64,000 bases of DNA from Candidatus Babelota bacterium (GTDB lineage Bacteria > Babelota > Babeliae > Babelales > JAHIUU01), in contig JAHIUU010000006.1 of NCBI GenBank assembly GCA_018817025.1, forward strand, positions 251,909-315,908, read 5' to 3'. How positions within the stretch are numbered: the first letter of the stretch is position 1; every line of letters starts with the position of its first letter. A program made the position numbers and the translations under genes. Below, one piece after another: positions 18,947 to 28,348 of this stretch. Under the pieces are notes generated by a model that saw nothing but the letters and a program-made list of their open reading frames with translations, was not told where the DNA came from and made no database searches.

Positions 18947-19087
18947 ATTTGCCCCCCTATGGTCATTATATGTGGTTTAGATAGGGCATTACAATTAACG
19001 GTTGATTCTTGTGGCAAGCTGGCAATCTATTTTATATCAGTTATAATGGAGCAAGTGTTGATGTTTGTTATGGTAGGGAGAAGATCG

Positions 19088-20122
19088 ATGTCCAGTCTCA
19101 AGCGAGAGGTCGAGCAGGCTCAAGAAGAGTTTTCTCAAAGAATCGACCGAGTTACCTCGGTAAAAGACCTTGAGGTGGTCCGAATAGACTTTCTTGGTAG
19201 GCAGGGGAAGATCTCTACGTTGTTCAAACAAATAAAAACGCTCTCGGTTGATGAAAAAAAGGAGTTGGTTCCGCTTCTTAATAATCTAAAAAATATATCA
19301 GAAGATCTTATAAAGAAATCAAAAGACCGTCTTGTTCAGCAGCAAGCTCATGCTGTGCAACTAAAACAAAAAAATTTCGACGTTACGGCCGGTCAAACCG
19401 GTTTGCTAAAGGGGCACTCCCATCTGTATAGCCAATTTATAGAAGAGATAGAAAATATTTTCATTTCGATGGGATATGATGTGTTAGATGGGCCGTATGT
19501 TGAGACCGACTACTATAACTTTACTGCGCTGAATATTCCTCAAGATCATCCGGCTCGAGACATGTATGATACGTTTTGGTTGAATAAGAAAAATTTACTG
19601 TTGCGGACACACACTTCCCCGGTTCAGGTTCGGACGATGGAGCATTGTAAGCCTCCGTTTGCAGCGGTTGTTCCAGGATTTACCTTTCGCCATGAGGCGA
19701 CCGATGCGACGCATGACACGATGTTTGCTCAGTGTGAGGGGTTTGTGATTGATAAAAATATTACGTTATCTCATCTTTTTGCAACGGCTCAGACGTTTTT
19801 AAAAACATTATTTAAGACCGATGATCTTGATATTCGCATTCGACCAGGATTTTTCCCGTTTGTTGAGCCTGGTGTTGAGATTGATATGCGTTGTCCTTTT
19901 TGCAAATCAGGTTGTTCGGTATGTAAGAAGACGACCTGGCTTGAAGTGTTTCCTGGTGGTTTAATCCATCCAAACGTGCTACGAGCGGGAGGGATTGATC
20001 CAGAAGAATATTCTGGTTTCGCGTTTGGATTCGGCCTAACTCGTTTGGCTATGCTGAAATATAAAGTTAACGACATCCGGTTGTTCTTGAGTGGAAAGTT
20101 GAAATTTTTAGAGCAATTTTGA
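19088..20122 (+). CDS. pheS: Phenylalanyl-tRNA synthetase alpha subunit
   Basis: NFTALNIP.DHPARDM.DTF, LRTHTSPVQ, FPFVEPG, GFAFGFGL.RLAM. Confidence 0.97.
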   Translation: MSSLKREVEQAQEEFSQRIDRVTSVKDLEVVRIDFLGRQGKISTLFKQIKTLSVDEKKELVPLLNNLKNISEDLIKKSKDRLVQQQAHAVQLKQKNFDVTAGQTGLLKGHSHLYSQFIEEIENIFISMGYDVLDGPYVETDYYNFTALNIPQDHPARDMYDTFWLNKKNLLLRTHTSPVQVRTMEHCKPPFAAVVPGFTFRHEATDATHDTMFAQCEGFVIDKNITLSHLFATAQTFLKTLFKTDDLDIRIRPGFFPFVEPGVEIDMRCPFCKSGCSVCKKTTWLEVFPGGLIHPNVLRAGGIDPEEYSGFAFGFGLTRLAMLKYKVNDIRLFLSGKLKFLEQF

Positions 20123-20131
20123 GAGGAAAAA

Positions 20132-21055
20132 ATGCTTGTAACGAAAGCGATTATACCGGCAGCGGGGCTAGGGACTCGTTTTTTACCTGCAACAAAAGCT
20201 GTTCCTAAAGAGATGATTCCGTTACTTGATAAGCCATCGATTCAGTATGTTGTTGAGGAAGGAATCAAGTCCGGTGTTAAAAATTTTATTCTGGTTACAG
20301 GCAAGAACAAGGGGGCCATTGTTGATCATTTTAGTATGGATTCAGATTTCTTAGCGAGACTAGAAACGAAAAATAAAGCTGAGTTATTAGGTAATCTTTC
20401 GAAAATCCCATCCATTGCGCATTTTATGAGTATTCGTCAGGATGAGCCGCTTGGCCTTGGTCATGCTATTTGGACGGCCCGTCATGCGATAGGAAAAGAG
20501 TATGTTTCGATTATGCTTCCGGATGATATTTTTATTGGCCCTGATCCTGGACTGTCACAGCTTATTAAAATTGCGGCGCAAGAAAAGTGTAGCGTGGTTG
20601 CTGTCCAAGAAGTTCCCAAAAATCAGGTTTCTCGCTATGGCGTGATTGACGTCAAAAAGCAGTTTTCGCCAAATTTATTTCAAGTTAGAGATCTGGTTGA
20701 AAAGCCTTCTCCTGAGGACGCACCATCTTGCCTGGCGATTGTTGGTCGGTATGTTCTATCCCCGAATATTTTTGAGGCGCTTGAATCGACCAGTGTGGGA
20801 GCGATTGGTGAGGTTCAGCTTACCGATGGGATTCAAAAGCTTATATTTTCTGGGGAAAAGGTTTTTGCATATAAAGTTAAGGGTGAGCGGTACGATGTTG
20901 GTACGCCACTTGGTTTATTGAAAGCGTCGGTTAGACTTGCTCTGCAGAATCAAAAATATTCATCGGCTATGCTTGATTTTCTCTCTGAGCTTGATCGAGA
21001 GATGATCGTACTTCAGGGTAAGGCGGCAAAGCAGCGCTTTTCTTCTTCTTTGTAA
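20132..21055 (+). CDS. galU: UTP--glucose-1-phosphate uridylyltransferase
   Basis: PAAGLGTRFLPATKAVPKEM, LGLGHA, LVEKP, GE.QLTD. Confidence 0.95.
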   Translation: MLVTKAIIPAAGLGTRFLPATKAVPKEMIPLLDKPSIQYVVEEGIKSGVKNFILVTGKNKGAIVDHFSMDSDFLARLETKNKAELLGNLSKIPSIAHFMSIRQDEPLGLGHAIWTARHAIGKEYVSIMLPDDIFIGPDPGLSQLIKIAAQEKCSVVAVQEVPKNQVSRYGVIDVKKQFSPNLFQVRDLVEKPSPEDAPSCLAIVGRYVLSPNIFEALESTSVGAIGEVQLTDGIQKLIFSGEKVFAYKVKGERYDVGTPLGLLKASVRLALQNQKYSSAMLDFLSELDREMIVLQGKAAKQRFSSSL

Positions 21056-21057
21056 AA

Positions 21058-21093
21058 AAAGAGCCACGATGGTAACGACCATCGTGGCTCTTT
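21058..21093. terminator. Bidirectional terminator between convergent galU and folC-like genes
   Basis: Perfect 16-bp stem AAAGAGCCACGATGGT-aacg-ACCATCGTGGCTCTTT. Confidence 0.9.
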
Positions 21094-21110
21094 AGATTTT
21101 ATACGTTATT

Positions 21111-22508
21111 TTAAACTTTCTTGATCCCTCGATGCTTCCAATATTCGCTTATGAGGCTTTGGTGCCCGGTGACAACAATGAGCCCTTCACGTTCATCGAC
21201 AGCTTCTTTTATTGAGTCAAACGCTTTTGCGAATGAATCGAACGCTTTTGCTTTTACGCCGAGTTCTTTAGCGAGCTTTGTGAGATCCTGAGGGTCGTGA
21301 CTTTCTCGATTTGGAATAGGTACAAAGATCGCCTGCCCACTTACTTTTTTGAGTAGGTATCGAATTAACTTAATTGATTCAACCATTTTTGTGCAGATTG
21401 GAAGGCCGATAATCATGGAAAGGTCTTTAAGAGGGTGTTGATAATGCAAAAGACGTATTCCTAAGAATGTGTTGTTGAATGCGTCAAGGTTGTCGGCATT
21501 GTCGAGAAGTACTGATGGTTTCTCTTTGTTTAGTAATTCAAAGCGACCTGGAAGTAGGCTGAATTCATTGTGCCAGAACTTTTTCAACGTTTTGATTGGA
21601 TTAAGCTCAGCATTTCGTTTGGCCTCCAGAGTTGGTCGGCCACGGTGTCCTTTTTTTGTTGCCAGTAGATTTCCTCGTAGAAACGGTGAAAACTTTTTGC
21701 AAACATCTTCAATGTAGACTTGAGCGATACGTTCTCCGAGTGAAGCAGTTCTTCCGTAAAGTTGTTCATAAATGTATGGCAGAGAGGCGAGCTTTCTAAT
21801 TGGCATAGCCCAGTTGATTCCGCGTTCTTCTGCCCATTTTTTCATTTTGTTTAAGCGGATTTTGCTTTGCTCTGCTGAAACTACCCAGGTGCCACTTTTT
21901 GCGACCTCAAGCATGTTGAATGTGATCTCATCGAGATCTTCGCCTAAAATATTGCTCTCGTCTTGCGCAACGCGAGTGATGGCGACAACTTTCGGTGAGA
22001 AGATATTTGCCGCGTCATACTTGCCCCCAAGTCCGATTTCGATCAGTGCGACGGTAACATTTTCTGTTTTAAAATAAAGAAGCGATGCGATGGTCATGAG
22101 TTCATATGCCGTGGCTTCGATTTTGTGTGCTTGTGCCATGGTAATGACTTCATTGACCGTATCTGCAAATGTTTTGTTTTGAATGGCTTGGTCGTCAACA
22201 TAGACACGTTCATTGTAATTTAATATGTGAGAAGAGTACGCGATGCCGACTTTTTGGCCTTCTTCTTTTAAGAGCTTACTTGCAAAATGAATGGTGGAGC
22301 TTTTTCCGTTCGTTCCCCCCACGAGAATGGCCGGTATCTTTTGAGAGATGTTTCCAAAAAGTTTATCCAGTTGTTTCATTCTATCAACTGTTTTTTTATC
22401 ATGGTCGATAGGTTTAAGCGAGTCTAAAAATGATATGACTTCTTTATAACTTCTCGAACCTTCTGTGATCGATTTACCCGACTTATGACCTTGCGTTACC
22501 GGTGCCAT
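21111..22508 (-). CDS. Divergent FolC/Mur-ligase superfamily protein
   Basis: GGTNGKSS P-loop, T.YE..T, EIGLGGKYDAANI and PGRFE match folylpolyglutamate synthase. Conserved His motifs are altered and there is a basic insertion. Confidence 0.7.
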   Translation of the reverse strand: MAPVTQGHKSGKSITEGSRSYKEVISFLDSLKPIDHDKKTVDRMKQLDKLFGNISQKIPAILVGGTNGKSSTIHFASKLLKEEGQKVGIAYSSHILNYNERVYVDDQAIQNKTFADTVNEVITMAQAHKIEATAYELMTIASLLYFKTENVTVALIEIGLGGKYDAANIFSPKVVAITRVAQDESNILGEDLDEITFNMLEVAKSGTWVVSAEQSKIRLNKMKKWAEERGINWAMPIRKLASLPYIYEQLYGRTASLGERIAQVYIEDVCKKFSPFLRGNLLATKKGHRGRPTLEAKRNAELNPIKTLKKFWHNEFSLLPGRFELLNKEKPSVLLDNADNLDAFNNTFLGIRLLHYQHPLKDLSMIIGLPICTKMVESIKLIRYLLKKVSGQAIFVPIPNRESHDPQDLTKLAKELGVKAKAFDSFAKAFDSIKEAVDEREGLIVVTGHQSLISEYWKHRGIKKV

Positions 22509-22723
22509 GTTGGTGCTCCTTTGAGTTAAATTTTTGCAATTTCAATCCAAACCCCATTGAAACAACAAGTGCAACTACTACGAGGTAGTAAAGTGTCAAT
22601 TTGTCTTTCTTATGCTGATTAATTGCTTTTTGTTATAACAACTTTAAAATAAATTATGTTTCAGATGTTGTCAAAAAATTATTATTTAACAGTAAATAAT
22701 GGCAAAAGTGATTTTATATTACG

Positions 22724-23410
22724 ATGAGAAATTATATGGTAAAAGAAAAGCTTTTTTGGGGGAATTTGACTGATCGATCACGCTTGATTGAGTCTCTTAA
22801 AAATAACGAGGTTTCGATTGTATCAACAGATACCGTCTATGGGTTTCTGGGGAATGTGACCTTGGAGAGCTATGATCGGATTTGTTTCCTTAAAAACTGT
22901 CCAACTTGGCGACCGTTCCTCATTCTTATTGCATCACCTGATCAGGAGTCTATGGAAGAACGATTATCTAGGTTTGTTGACCTTGGAAGCGTTTCAAATA
23001 GAATAGTTTCATTCTTGTCTCGTTGTTGGCCGGGGCCAGTAACGGCGATTTTCAAGGCTAAGCCAGGACTGCCAGACTTTTTGGTTTCAGAGGATGGAAC
23101 TATTGCGTTGCGATGTCCTGATCATGATGGACTCCAGGCGATTTTGCCTGCGTTTGAGGGGTTGTTTTCAACAAGCGCAAACAGAACAGGCCGGCCGGTG
23201 CCGGAAAAGCTTTCTCGTGTTTCGCCTGAGATTTTTGAGCAGGTTGCATATACGGTGGTTGACGTGGTTGATGAGCTGGATGGCGAGATTGCAAAAAGAG
23301 AGCCGTCTAGTATTATTGATTTTTCAGGTCATGACGATTTGTGGCGAGTCGTTCGAGAAGGGGCGTATTCGATAGAAAAACTGAAAGAGATCTATGAACA
23401 AACAAAGTGA
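22724..23410 (+). CDS. tsaC: Threonylcarbamoyl-AMP synthase (Sua5/YrdC)
   Basis: TDTVYG, WPGPVT, IALRCPDH, STSAN, PSSIID. Confidence 0.88.
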   Translation: MRNYMVKEKLFWGNLTDRSRLIESLKNNEVSIVSTDTVYGFLGNVTLESYDRICFLKNCPTWRPFLILIASPDQESMEERLSRFVDLGSVSNRIVSFLSRCWPGPVTAIFKAKPGLPDFLVSEDGTIALRCPDHDGLQAILPAFEGLFSTSANRTGRPVPEKLSRVSPEIFEQVAYTVVDVVDELDGEIAKREPSSIIDFSGHDDLWRVVREGAYSIEKLKEIYEQTK

Positions 23411-24341
23411 GATGCAAACTGATAAGGCGTGGGCTCAGATCAAGAAGTCGTCAAAAATAACGCTTCTGACCCATTTTAAACCTGACGGCGACGGCATTGC
23501 TGCTTGTATTGCTTTCGAACTTGTGCTGTCCCGGTTGGGTAAACAGGTTGAGACTATCTACCCAAGTGCCCCTGAGCTCGAATTACAACGCCGGCCTCAG
23601 AACGTTTTTGTTAATGATCATAGTCAGTCACCGGATTTGCTTATTGCGCTTGACACGGCGAACTATGAGCGGCTTTACTACCCACAAGCGTTTCGGGATA
23701 TTCCATTAATCAATATCGATCATCATGTAAGCAATTCAATCAATGGAGCATATAACTTTATCGATCCAAATGCTTCAAGTGTTTGCGAGGTGCTATTTAA
23801 TTTTATTGTTTCGTGCGACCGGGAGTATATTGATCGGGAAGTTGCTGAGAACCTGTTGTTTGGAATTTTATACGATAGCCGTGTGTTTCACACGCAATCA
23901 ACATACCCAACGACGTTACGCATCGCCGCCGATCTCGTGGATCTTGGCGGGGATTTATTTAAACTAAAACTTGAGCTTCTAGCTCATAAGAGCCCAAAGA
24001 TATTTAAACTTTGGGCTCTTATGCTTGATCGTCTTACTGTTTCTGTTAGCGAGCGTGCTGCTTGGAGTTATCTTTTGCAGGATGACTTGCGCCAACTTGG
24101 GCTATCGATTTCATCGTTGGTTGGGTTTAATGATTTTCTGGCAGATATCTCTGGTATCGATGTGACGATTCTTTTTTATGAAACCGAAGATGGTTATACA
24201 AAAGTGTCGCTGCGTTCAAAAGAGTACGACGTTAACGTATTTGCAGCCAAGTTTGGTGGCGGCGGACATAAGCATGCGTCGGGAATTCGTAGCAACAAGC
24301 CACTCAAAGCTTTGATGGCCGAGATGGCTGCTGAGCTTTAA
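23394..24341 (+). CDS. nrnA: DHH/DHHA1 oligoribonuclease / pAp phosphatase
   Basis: H.KPDGDG, IDHH, KVSLRS, GGGGHKHASG. Confidence 0.88.
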   Translation: MNKQSEMQTDKAWAQIKKSSKITLLTHFKPDGDGIAACIAFELVLSRLGKQVETIYPSAPELELQRRPQNVFVNDHSQSPDLLIALDTANYERLYYPQAFRDIPLINIDHHVSNSINGAYNFIDPNASSVCEVLFNFIVSCDREYIDREVAENLLFGILYDSRVFHTQSTYPTTLRIAADLVDLGGDLFKLKLELLAHKSPKIFKLWALMLDRLTVSVSERAAWSYLLQDDLRQLGLSISSLVGFNDFLADISGIDVTILFYETEDGYTKVSLRSKEYDVNVFAAKFGGGGHKHASGIRSNKPLKALMAEMAAEL

Positions 24342-24343
24342 CC

Positions 24344-26074
24344 CTATATTGCTTCGTCAGGTCTTGCTGTCTGCACATCTTGTGCTGTCTGTCCTGCATG
24401 AGCAACGGATAGAACTTCTTCAATGGTGGTATCCCCTACTTTGATTCGTCGGAGGCCGTCTTCGGCTAAGGTTTTCATTCCTTCTTTGATGGCTTGTGCT
24501 TTGATCACTGAAGCGTCGACTTTTTGAACAATCAATCGAGCGAGAGCATCGCTTATTTCCATTACCTCAAAGATCGCAAGTCGCCCCTTATAGCCTGTCT
24601 GTAGGCAGTCGTCGCAGCCGATCGCTTTGTAGAAGATTGTTTTGGCCGCTTGTTGTTGTGTGACGCCTATCCGAGCAATCATTTCTGGAGTTGGTTGATA
24701 TGGCTGTTTGCATTTGTCGCACAACCGTCTGACTAGTCGTTGTGACATGATACAGACGACTGACGATGCGATCAAAAACGGTTCAATATCCATGTCGATC
24801 AATCGGGTAATCGTTGCCGGCGCGCTGTTGGTGTGGATTGTACTTAGGACGAGGTGGCCTGTTAATGCTGCTTGAGTTGCGATTTGTGCGGTTTCGGTAT
24901 CTCGAATTTCTCCGATCAGTACGATGTCTGGATCTTGACGAAGGATGGATCGAAGTGCTGTTGCAAACGTTAGGCCGACGCTATCTTTTACCTGTACCTG
25001 ACTAATCCCTTGAATGGTATATTCGACCGGATCTTCAACGGTAATGATGTTAACATCTGGTTTGTTTAATCGATCTAAAATTGAATAGAGCGTTGTCGTT
25101 TTACCTGAACCGGTTGGGCCACTAACTAGGATAATGCCGTTCGGCCTTTCGATATTGATGGAGAGGATCTTGTGATCGTATTCGGTCATTTTGAGTTTTT
25201 CGAGTTTTACAACCCCTTTTGTTTTGTCGAGCAGACGCATGACGACTCGCTCACCAAAGTTGCATGGCAAGACTGAGACTCGAATATCGATTGCTTTGTC
25301 GGCAACCTTGATTAGGATTCTTCCATCCTGAGGGACTCTTTTTTCTGCGATGTTTAGGTTTGACATGATTTTTATTCTGGAAACGATTGCGCCCTGATAT
25401 CGTTTTGGTGGGAGAAGTCGCTCGTACATGATACCGTCAATTCGGTATCGTACGCGTAGTTCTTTTTCAAACGGTTCGATATGAATATCGGATGCAGCTT
25501 CTTTGACTGCCTGGAATAAGATGTGATTGACGAGTTTAACGATCGGTGCTTCATTTGCCATCTCCATGATGTCTTTTTCTTCGATTGCACCGAGCTCGAA
25601 CTCTTCTTCTTCTTCGGCGAGTTCTTCCATCATTTCTTTGCTTGTTTCAAGCGGATAGTATTTATTGATCGCTGCAGTTATTGCGGTGTCAGTTGAAACG
25701 GCGCAACTGACGTCTCCCTCCATGAGCAGGGCGAGATCGTCAAGCGGTTGTAGATCTCGAGGGTTTGCGGTTAGAATTGTTTTTTCTCCCTCGAACATAA
25801 TCGGAATGACGACATGTTGTCGTAAAAATTTGAGAGGGATTCTACCAAGTATTTTTGTGTCGATCATTTGTTCGGTGATTTTTTCAACGAAAGTGATGCC
25901 GACCTGGACTGCAAGTGCGTTAGCGATCTGGTTTTTTGAGACCAAACCTAATTTGAGGAGTGTTTCTCCAATAAGGCCACCTGACTTTTTTTTCTCCTGA
26001 CGGCCCTTTTCGAGTTGTTCCTGTGTGATTGCCCCTTGTTCGACCAAGATTTCACCAAATTTCTTTTTTAACAT
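24344..26074 (-). CDS. GspE/PilB-type secretion/pilus assembly ATPase
   Basis: ASDIHIEP, PQDGR, GPTGSGKTTT, EDPVEY, LRQDPD...GEIRD, TGHLVLSTIH, CxxC...CxxC; MshEN-like N-terminus. Confidence 0.95.
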   Translation of the reverse strand: MLKKKFGEILVEQGAITQEQLEKGRQEKKKSGGLIGETLLKLGLVSKNQIANALAVQVGITFVEKITEQMIDTKILGRIPLKFLRQHVVIPIMFEGEKTILTANPRDLQPLDDLALLMEGDVSCAVSTDTAITAAINKYYPLETSKEMMEELAEEEEEFELGAIEEKDIMEMANEAPIVKLVNHILFQAVKEAASDIHIEPFEKELRVRYRIDGIMYERLLPPKRYQGAIVSRIKIMSNLNIAEKRVPQDGRILIKVADKAIDIRVSVLPCNFGERVVMRLLDKTKGVVKLEKLKMTEYDHKILSINIERPNGIILVSGPTGSGKTTTLYSILDRLNKPDVNIITVEDPVEYTIQGISQVQVKDSVGLTFATALRSILRQDPDIVLIGEIRDTETAQIATQAALTGHLVLSTIHTNSAPATITRLIDMDIEPFLIASSVVCIMSQRLVRRLCDKCKQPYQPTPEMIARIGVTQQQAAKTIFYKAIGCDDCLQTGYKGRLAIFEVMEISDALARLIVQKVDASVIKAQAIKEGMKTLAEDGLRRIKVGDTTIEEVLSVAHAGQTAQDVQTARPDEAI

Positions 26075-26200
26075 GGAAGAAGCTCCCGGTTTAGAGTACT
26101 AATTGAATTTTGATCATAGCAAAGTGAGTATCTTCGAGCAATAGTTCGACAGTTGCTTTCAATGCGAAATTATCTTGAGGCTGTATAAGCGTCTTTGTTT

Positions 26201-26229
26201 TTGCAATCTAGTGCAGAATGGCGTAGAAT
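26201..26229 (+). promoter_or_regulatory. Sigma70 promoter for the bamD operon
   Basis: TTGCAA-N17-TAGAAT. Confidence 0.65.
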
Positions 26230-26286
26230 ATCTCTTTCTATGTATTGGTATATGAATCGTATACGTCAAGTATGGGGAGTTACAGT

Positions 26287-27078
26287 ATGATAATAAGTAG
26301 TGTTAAGAGAAGTGGCTTTTTTGTTCTGTTAGCAGGGCTATTCTTGTTAACCGGGTGTGGCAAAGTAGAAAAGAAGCCGGAAGAGATGTCATTCAATGAA
26401 TTAAAAGAAAAGGTGGGTATTGCGCTTGAGAGAAACAAACATAGCCTTGCGATTCCTTATCTTGAGCAGCTTGTTGCCCAGTATCCGGAGAATCAGGACA
26501 TTTTTGAGTATAAATTTATTTTAGCCGACCTGTATATGAAAGTTGGGCGCTTGGAAGAGGCGCATCTGTTATACAAAAATTACACGAAATTTTACCCGTC
26601 AGAGGCTCGGGCCGAGCAAGCGCACTATAAGTCGATTCTTTCTAAGTTTTACCAAACCCTAAAAGTGAGCAGAGATTGTGATGATATTGATACGCAACAT
26701 GCGATCAAGCAGTGTCAAGCGTACTTGAAAAACAATCTGTTTAAGAAGCATCGTGACGATGTTCGAGACATTCAATATACCTGCGAGAGACGCCTCATTG
26801 ATAAAGAGATCTACGTTTTCAATACATACCTACGCAGAAAAAAGTTTCAGTCGGCTCAGCAACGAATTACATATCTGAGGACGACGTTTCTAGAGAAACA
26901 TCCGGAGCTTGCTGCGCAAATCCTTTATCTAGAAGGCAAACTAGCGCTTAAGAAAAAAGATGAAGCTGTGGTGAAAGCAAAGATCGGTGCTTTACTAACA
27001 AAGTATCCTGACTCTCGGTTTACCAAGATGGCTCATAGTATGGTTTCAAAGAAGAAAGAAACCTTTAAGTTTGTCTAA
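26287..27078 (+). CDS. bamD: Outer membrane protein assembly lipoprotein BamD-like (TPR)
   Basis: Lipobox LLTGC, TPR helices, YP..., F...YP...RAEQAHY. Confidence 0.75.
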   Translation: MIISSVKRSGFFVLLAGLFLLTGCGKVEKKPEEMSFNELKEKVGIALERNKHSLAIPYLEQLVAQYPENQDIFEYKFILADLYMKVGRLEEAHLLYKNYTKFYPSEARAEQAHYKSILSKFYQTLKVSRDCDDIDTQHAIKQCQAYLKNNLFKKHRDDVRDIQYTCERRLIDKEIYVFNTYLRRKKFQSAQQRITYLRTTFLEKHPELAAQILYLEGKLALKKKDEAVVKAKIGALLTKYPDSRFTKMAHSMVSKKKETFKFV

Positions 27079-27090
27079 TTGTAATGGATA

Positions 27091-27471
27091 ATGATGAACG
27101 AAGCACAGGCATTAGGATGTACGGGCGAGAGTCTTGTTGTACGGTTCTTGGAGGAGAGGGGGTATCGTGTTCGTGCAAAAAATTATCTGGCCCGGGCTGG
27201 GTCGGTCTGTTTGGGAGAGGTTGATATTATTGCTGAGAAAGACGAATTCCTCGTTTTTGTTGAGGTAAAGACTCGCAAGATTGCCTACTTTCCTATTTCA
27301 ACGGTTGTTACGAGAAGCAAGCAACAAAGAATTATAAAGGCAGCCAAAATGTTTTTGGCAAAGCACGGTTTGTATTATGAAAGAGTAAGTCGATTTGATG
27401 TAGCAACGGTGGTTTATAGCGATACTGGTGAATATGATATTGAGTACATAGAGAACGCTTTTGGCGTATAA
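27091..27471 (+). CDS. yraN: YraN (UPF0102) PD-(D/E)XK family protein
   Basis: G..GE...FLE..GY, GEVDII, VFVEVKTR, RFDV, IENAF. Confidence 0.92.
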   Translation: MMNEAQALGCTGESLVVRFLEERGYRVRAKNYLARAGSVCLGEVDIIAEKDEFLVFVEVKTRKIAYFPISTVVTRSKQQRIIKAAKMFLAKHGLYYERVSRFDVATVVYSDTGEYDIEYIENAFGV

Positions 27472-27960
27472 ATGGGAAAAATTATGAAACGATCTCACAA
27501 GTCAGGTTTGGGTTTTGGGGCAACGTCGGGGATTATTACGCCATTAGGGCTTATTGTTGGCCTCTATTCTGGGACTGAGTCTGCAGTGATAATTATTGGG
27601 GGTATTTTAACAATAGCAATAGCAGATGCGTTTTCTGACTCTCTAGGGGTTCATGTGTCAAAAGAGGCTGATCATGGGTATTCGACCAGAGAGATTTGGG
27701 AGGCAACGTTTGCAACGTTCTTTTCAAAGTTTTTTTTTGCTCTGATCTTTGTTGTACCATTTTTATTGTTGCACGTGGTGACTGCAACAATAGCTTCTGT
27801 TGTTTTTGGCATGGGGCTGCTTGCTATTTTTAGTTATTTCATCTCAAAAATGCGAAACGGAAATCCATGGCTGGCTATTGGGGAACATGTTGGTATTGGG
27901 GCGGTTGTTATTTTGATAACCTATTATTTGCCGGTGCTGATTAAAGTTTGGTTGGTATAA
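27472..27960 (+). CDS. VIT1/CCC1-family metal transporter (short form)
   Basis: FG.TSGIIT, AIADAFSDSLG.H.S.E, several TM helices. Confidence 0.8.
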   Translation: MGKIMKRSHKSGLGFGATSGIITPLGLIVGLYSGTESAVIIIGGILTIAIADAFSDSLGVHVSKEADHGYSTREIWEATFATFFSKFFFALIFVVPFLLLHVVTATIASVVFGMGLLAIFSYFISKMRNGNPWLAIGEHVGIGAVVILITYYLPVLIKVWLV

Positions 27961-27971
27961 AGAATTTGTGT

Positions 27972-28009
27972 AAAAAAAGAGGCTGTCTCTAAAGACAGCC
28001 TCTTTTTTT
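27972..28009. terminator. Bidirectional terminator
   Basis: Perfect 17-bp stem AAAAAAAGAGGCTGTCT-ctaa-AGACAGCCTCTTTTTTT between convergent genes. Confidence 0.92.
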
Positions 28010-28010
28010 C

Positions 28011-28322
28011 TTATTTCTTGTCGATTAGCCAGTTGTAGAGCCAAGCGAAAAACCATACGGTTATAAAGGTCGCAACAAATACGATTATGATTTTTCCAAA
28101 CGGGTAGTACCATGGACATGTGGTAGGAATTGTTTCTTCTAGCGTTGTTGGAAAGTGCTTTACGCCAAATCCGTGGTGATAGTGCCACATTGTTCCTCGC
28201 ATCATGCCGCGAAACATAGGCATTCTTCCGCAGAATGGTCGCCACAAAAACATTTTGACTACTTTTGCAAGTGTCATTGTTGTTGCGGCAGCAAGGGCGA
28301 ATTTATTCGTATCCAGCTTCAT
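28011..28322 (-). CDS. Small 2-TM membrane protein (DUF5676-like pattern)
   Basis: MKLDTNKFALAAA...Met/His-rich loop...VWFFAWLYNWL; RBS GGAGAGAGG. Confidence 0.7.
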   Translation of the reverse strand: MKLDTNKFALAAATTMTLAKVVKMFLWRPFCGRMPMFRGMMRGTMWHYHHGFGVKHFPTTLEETIPTTCPWYYPFGKIIIVFVATFITVWFFAWLYNWLIDKK

Positions 28323-28348
28323 ACCTCTCTCCTTTTTTAAAGTGGTAT

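Noticed and set aside
18947-19087. T-box or attenuator upstream of pheS
   Set aside because: No T-box consensus or terminator visible; the long ORF-track N-terminal extension is an artefact of an upstream start.
19890-19930. CPFC...CSVC cysteine cluster in PheS
   Set aside because: A common feature of many bacterial PheS proteins.
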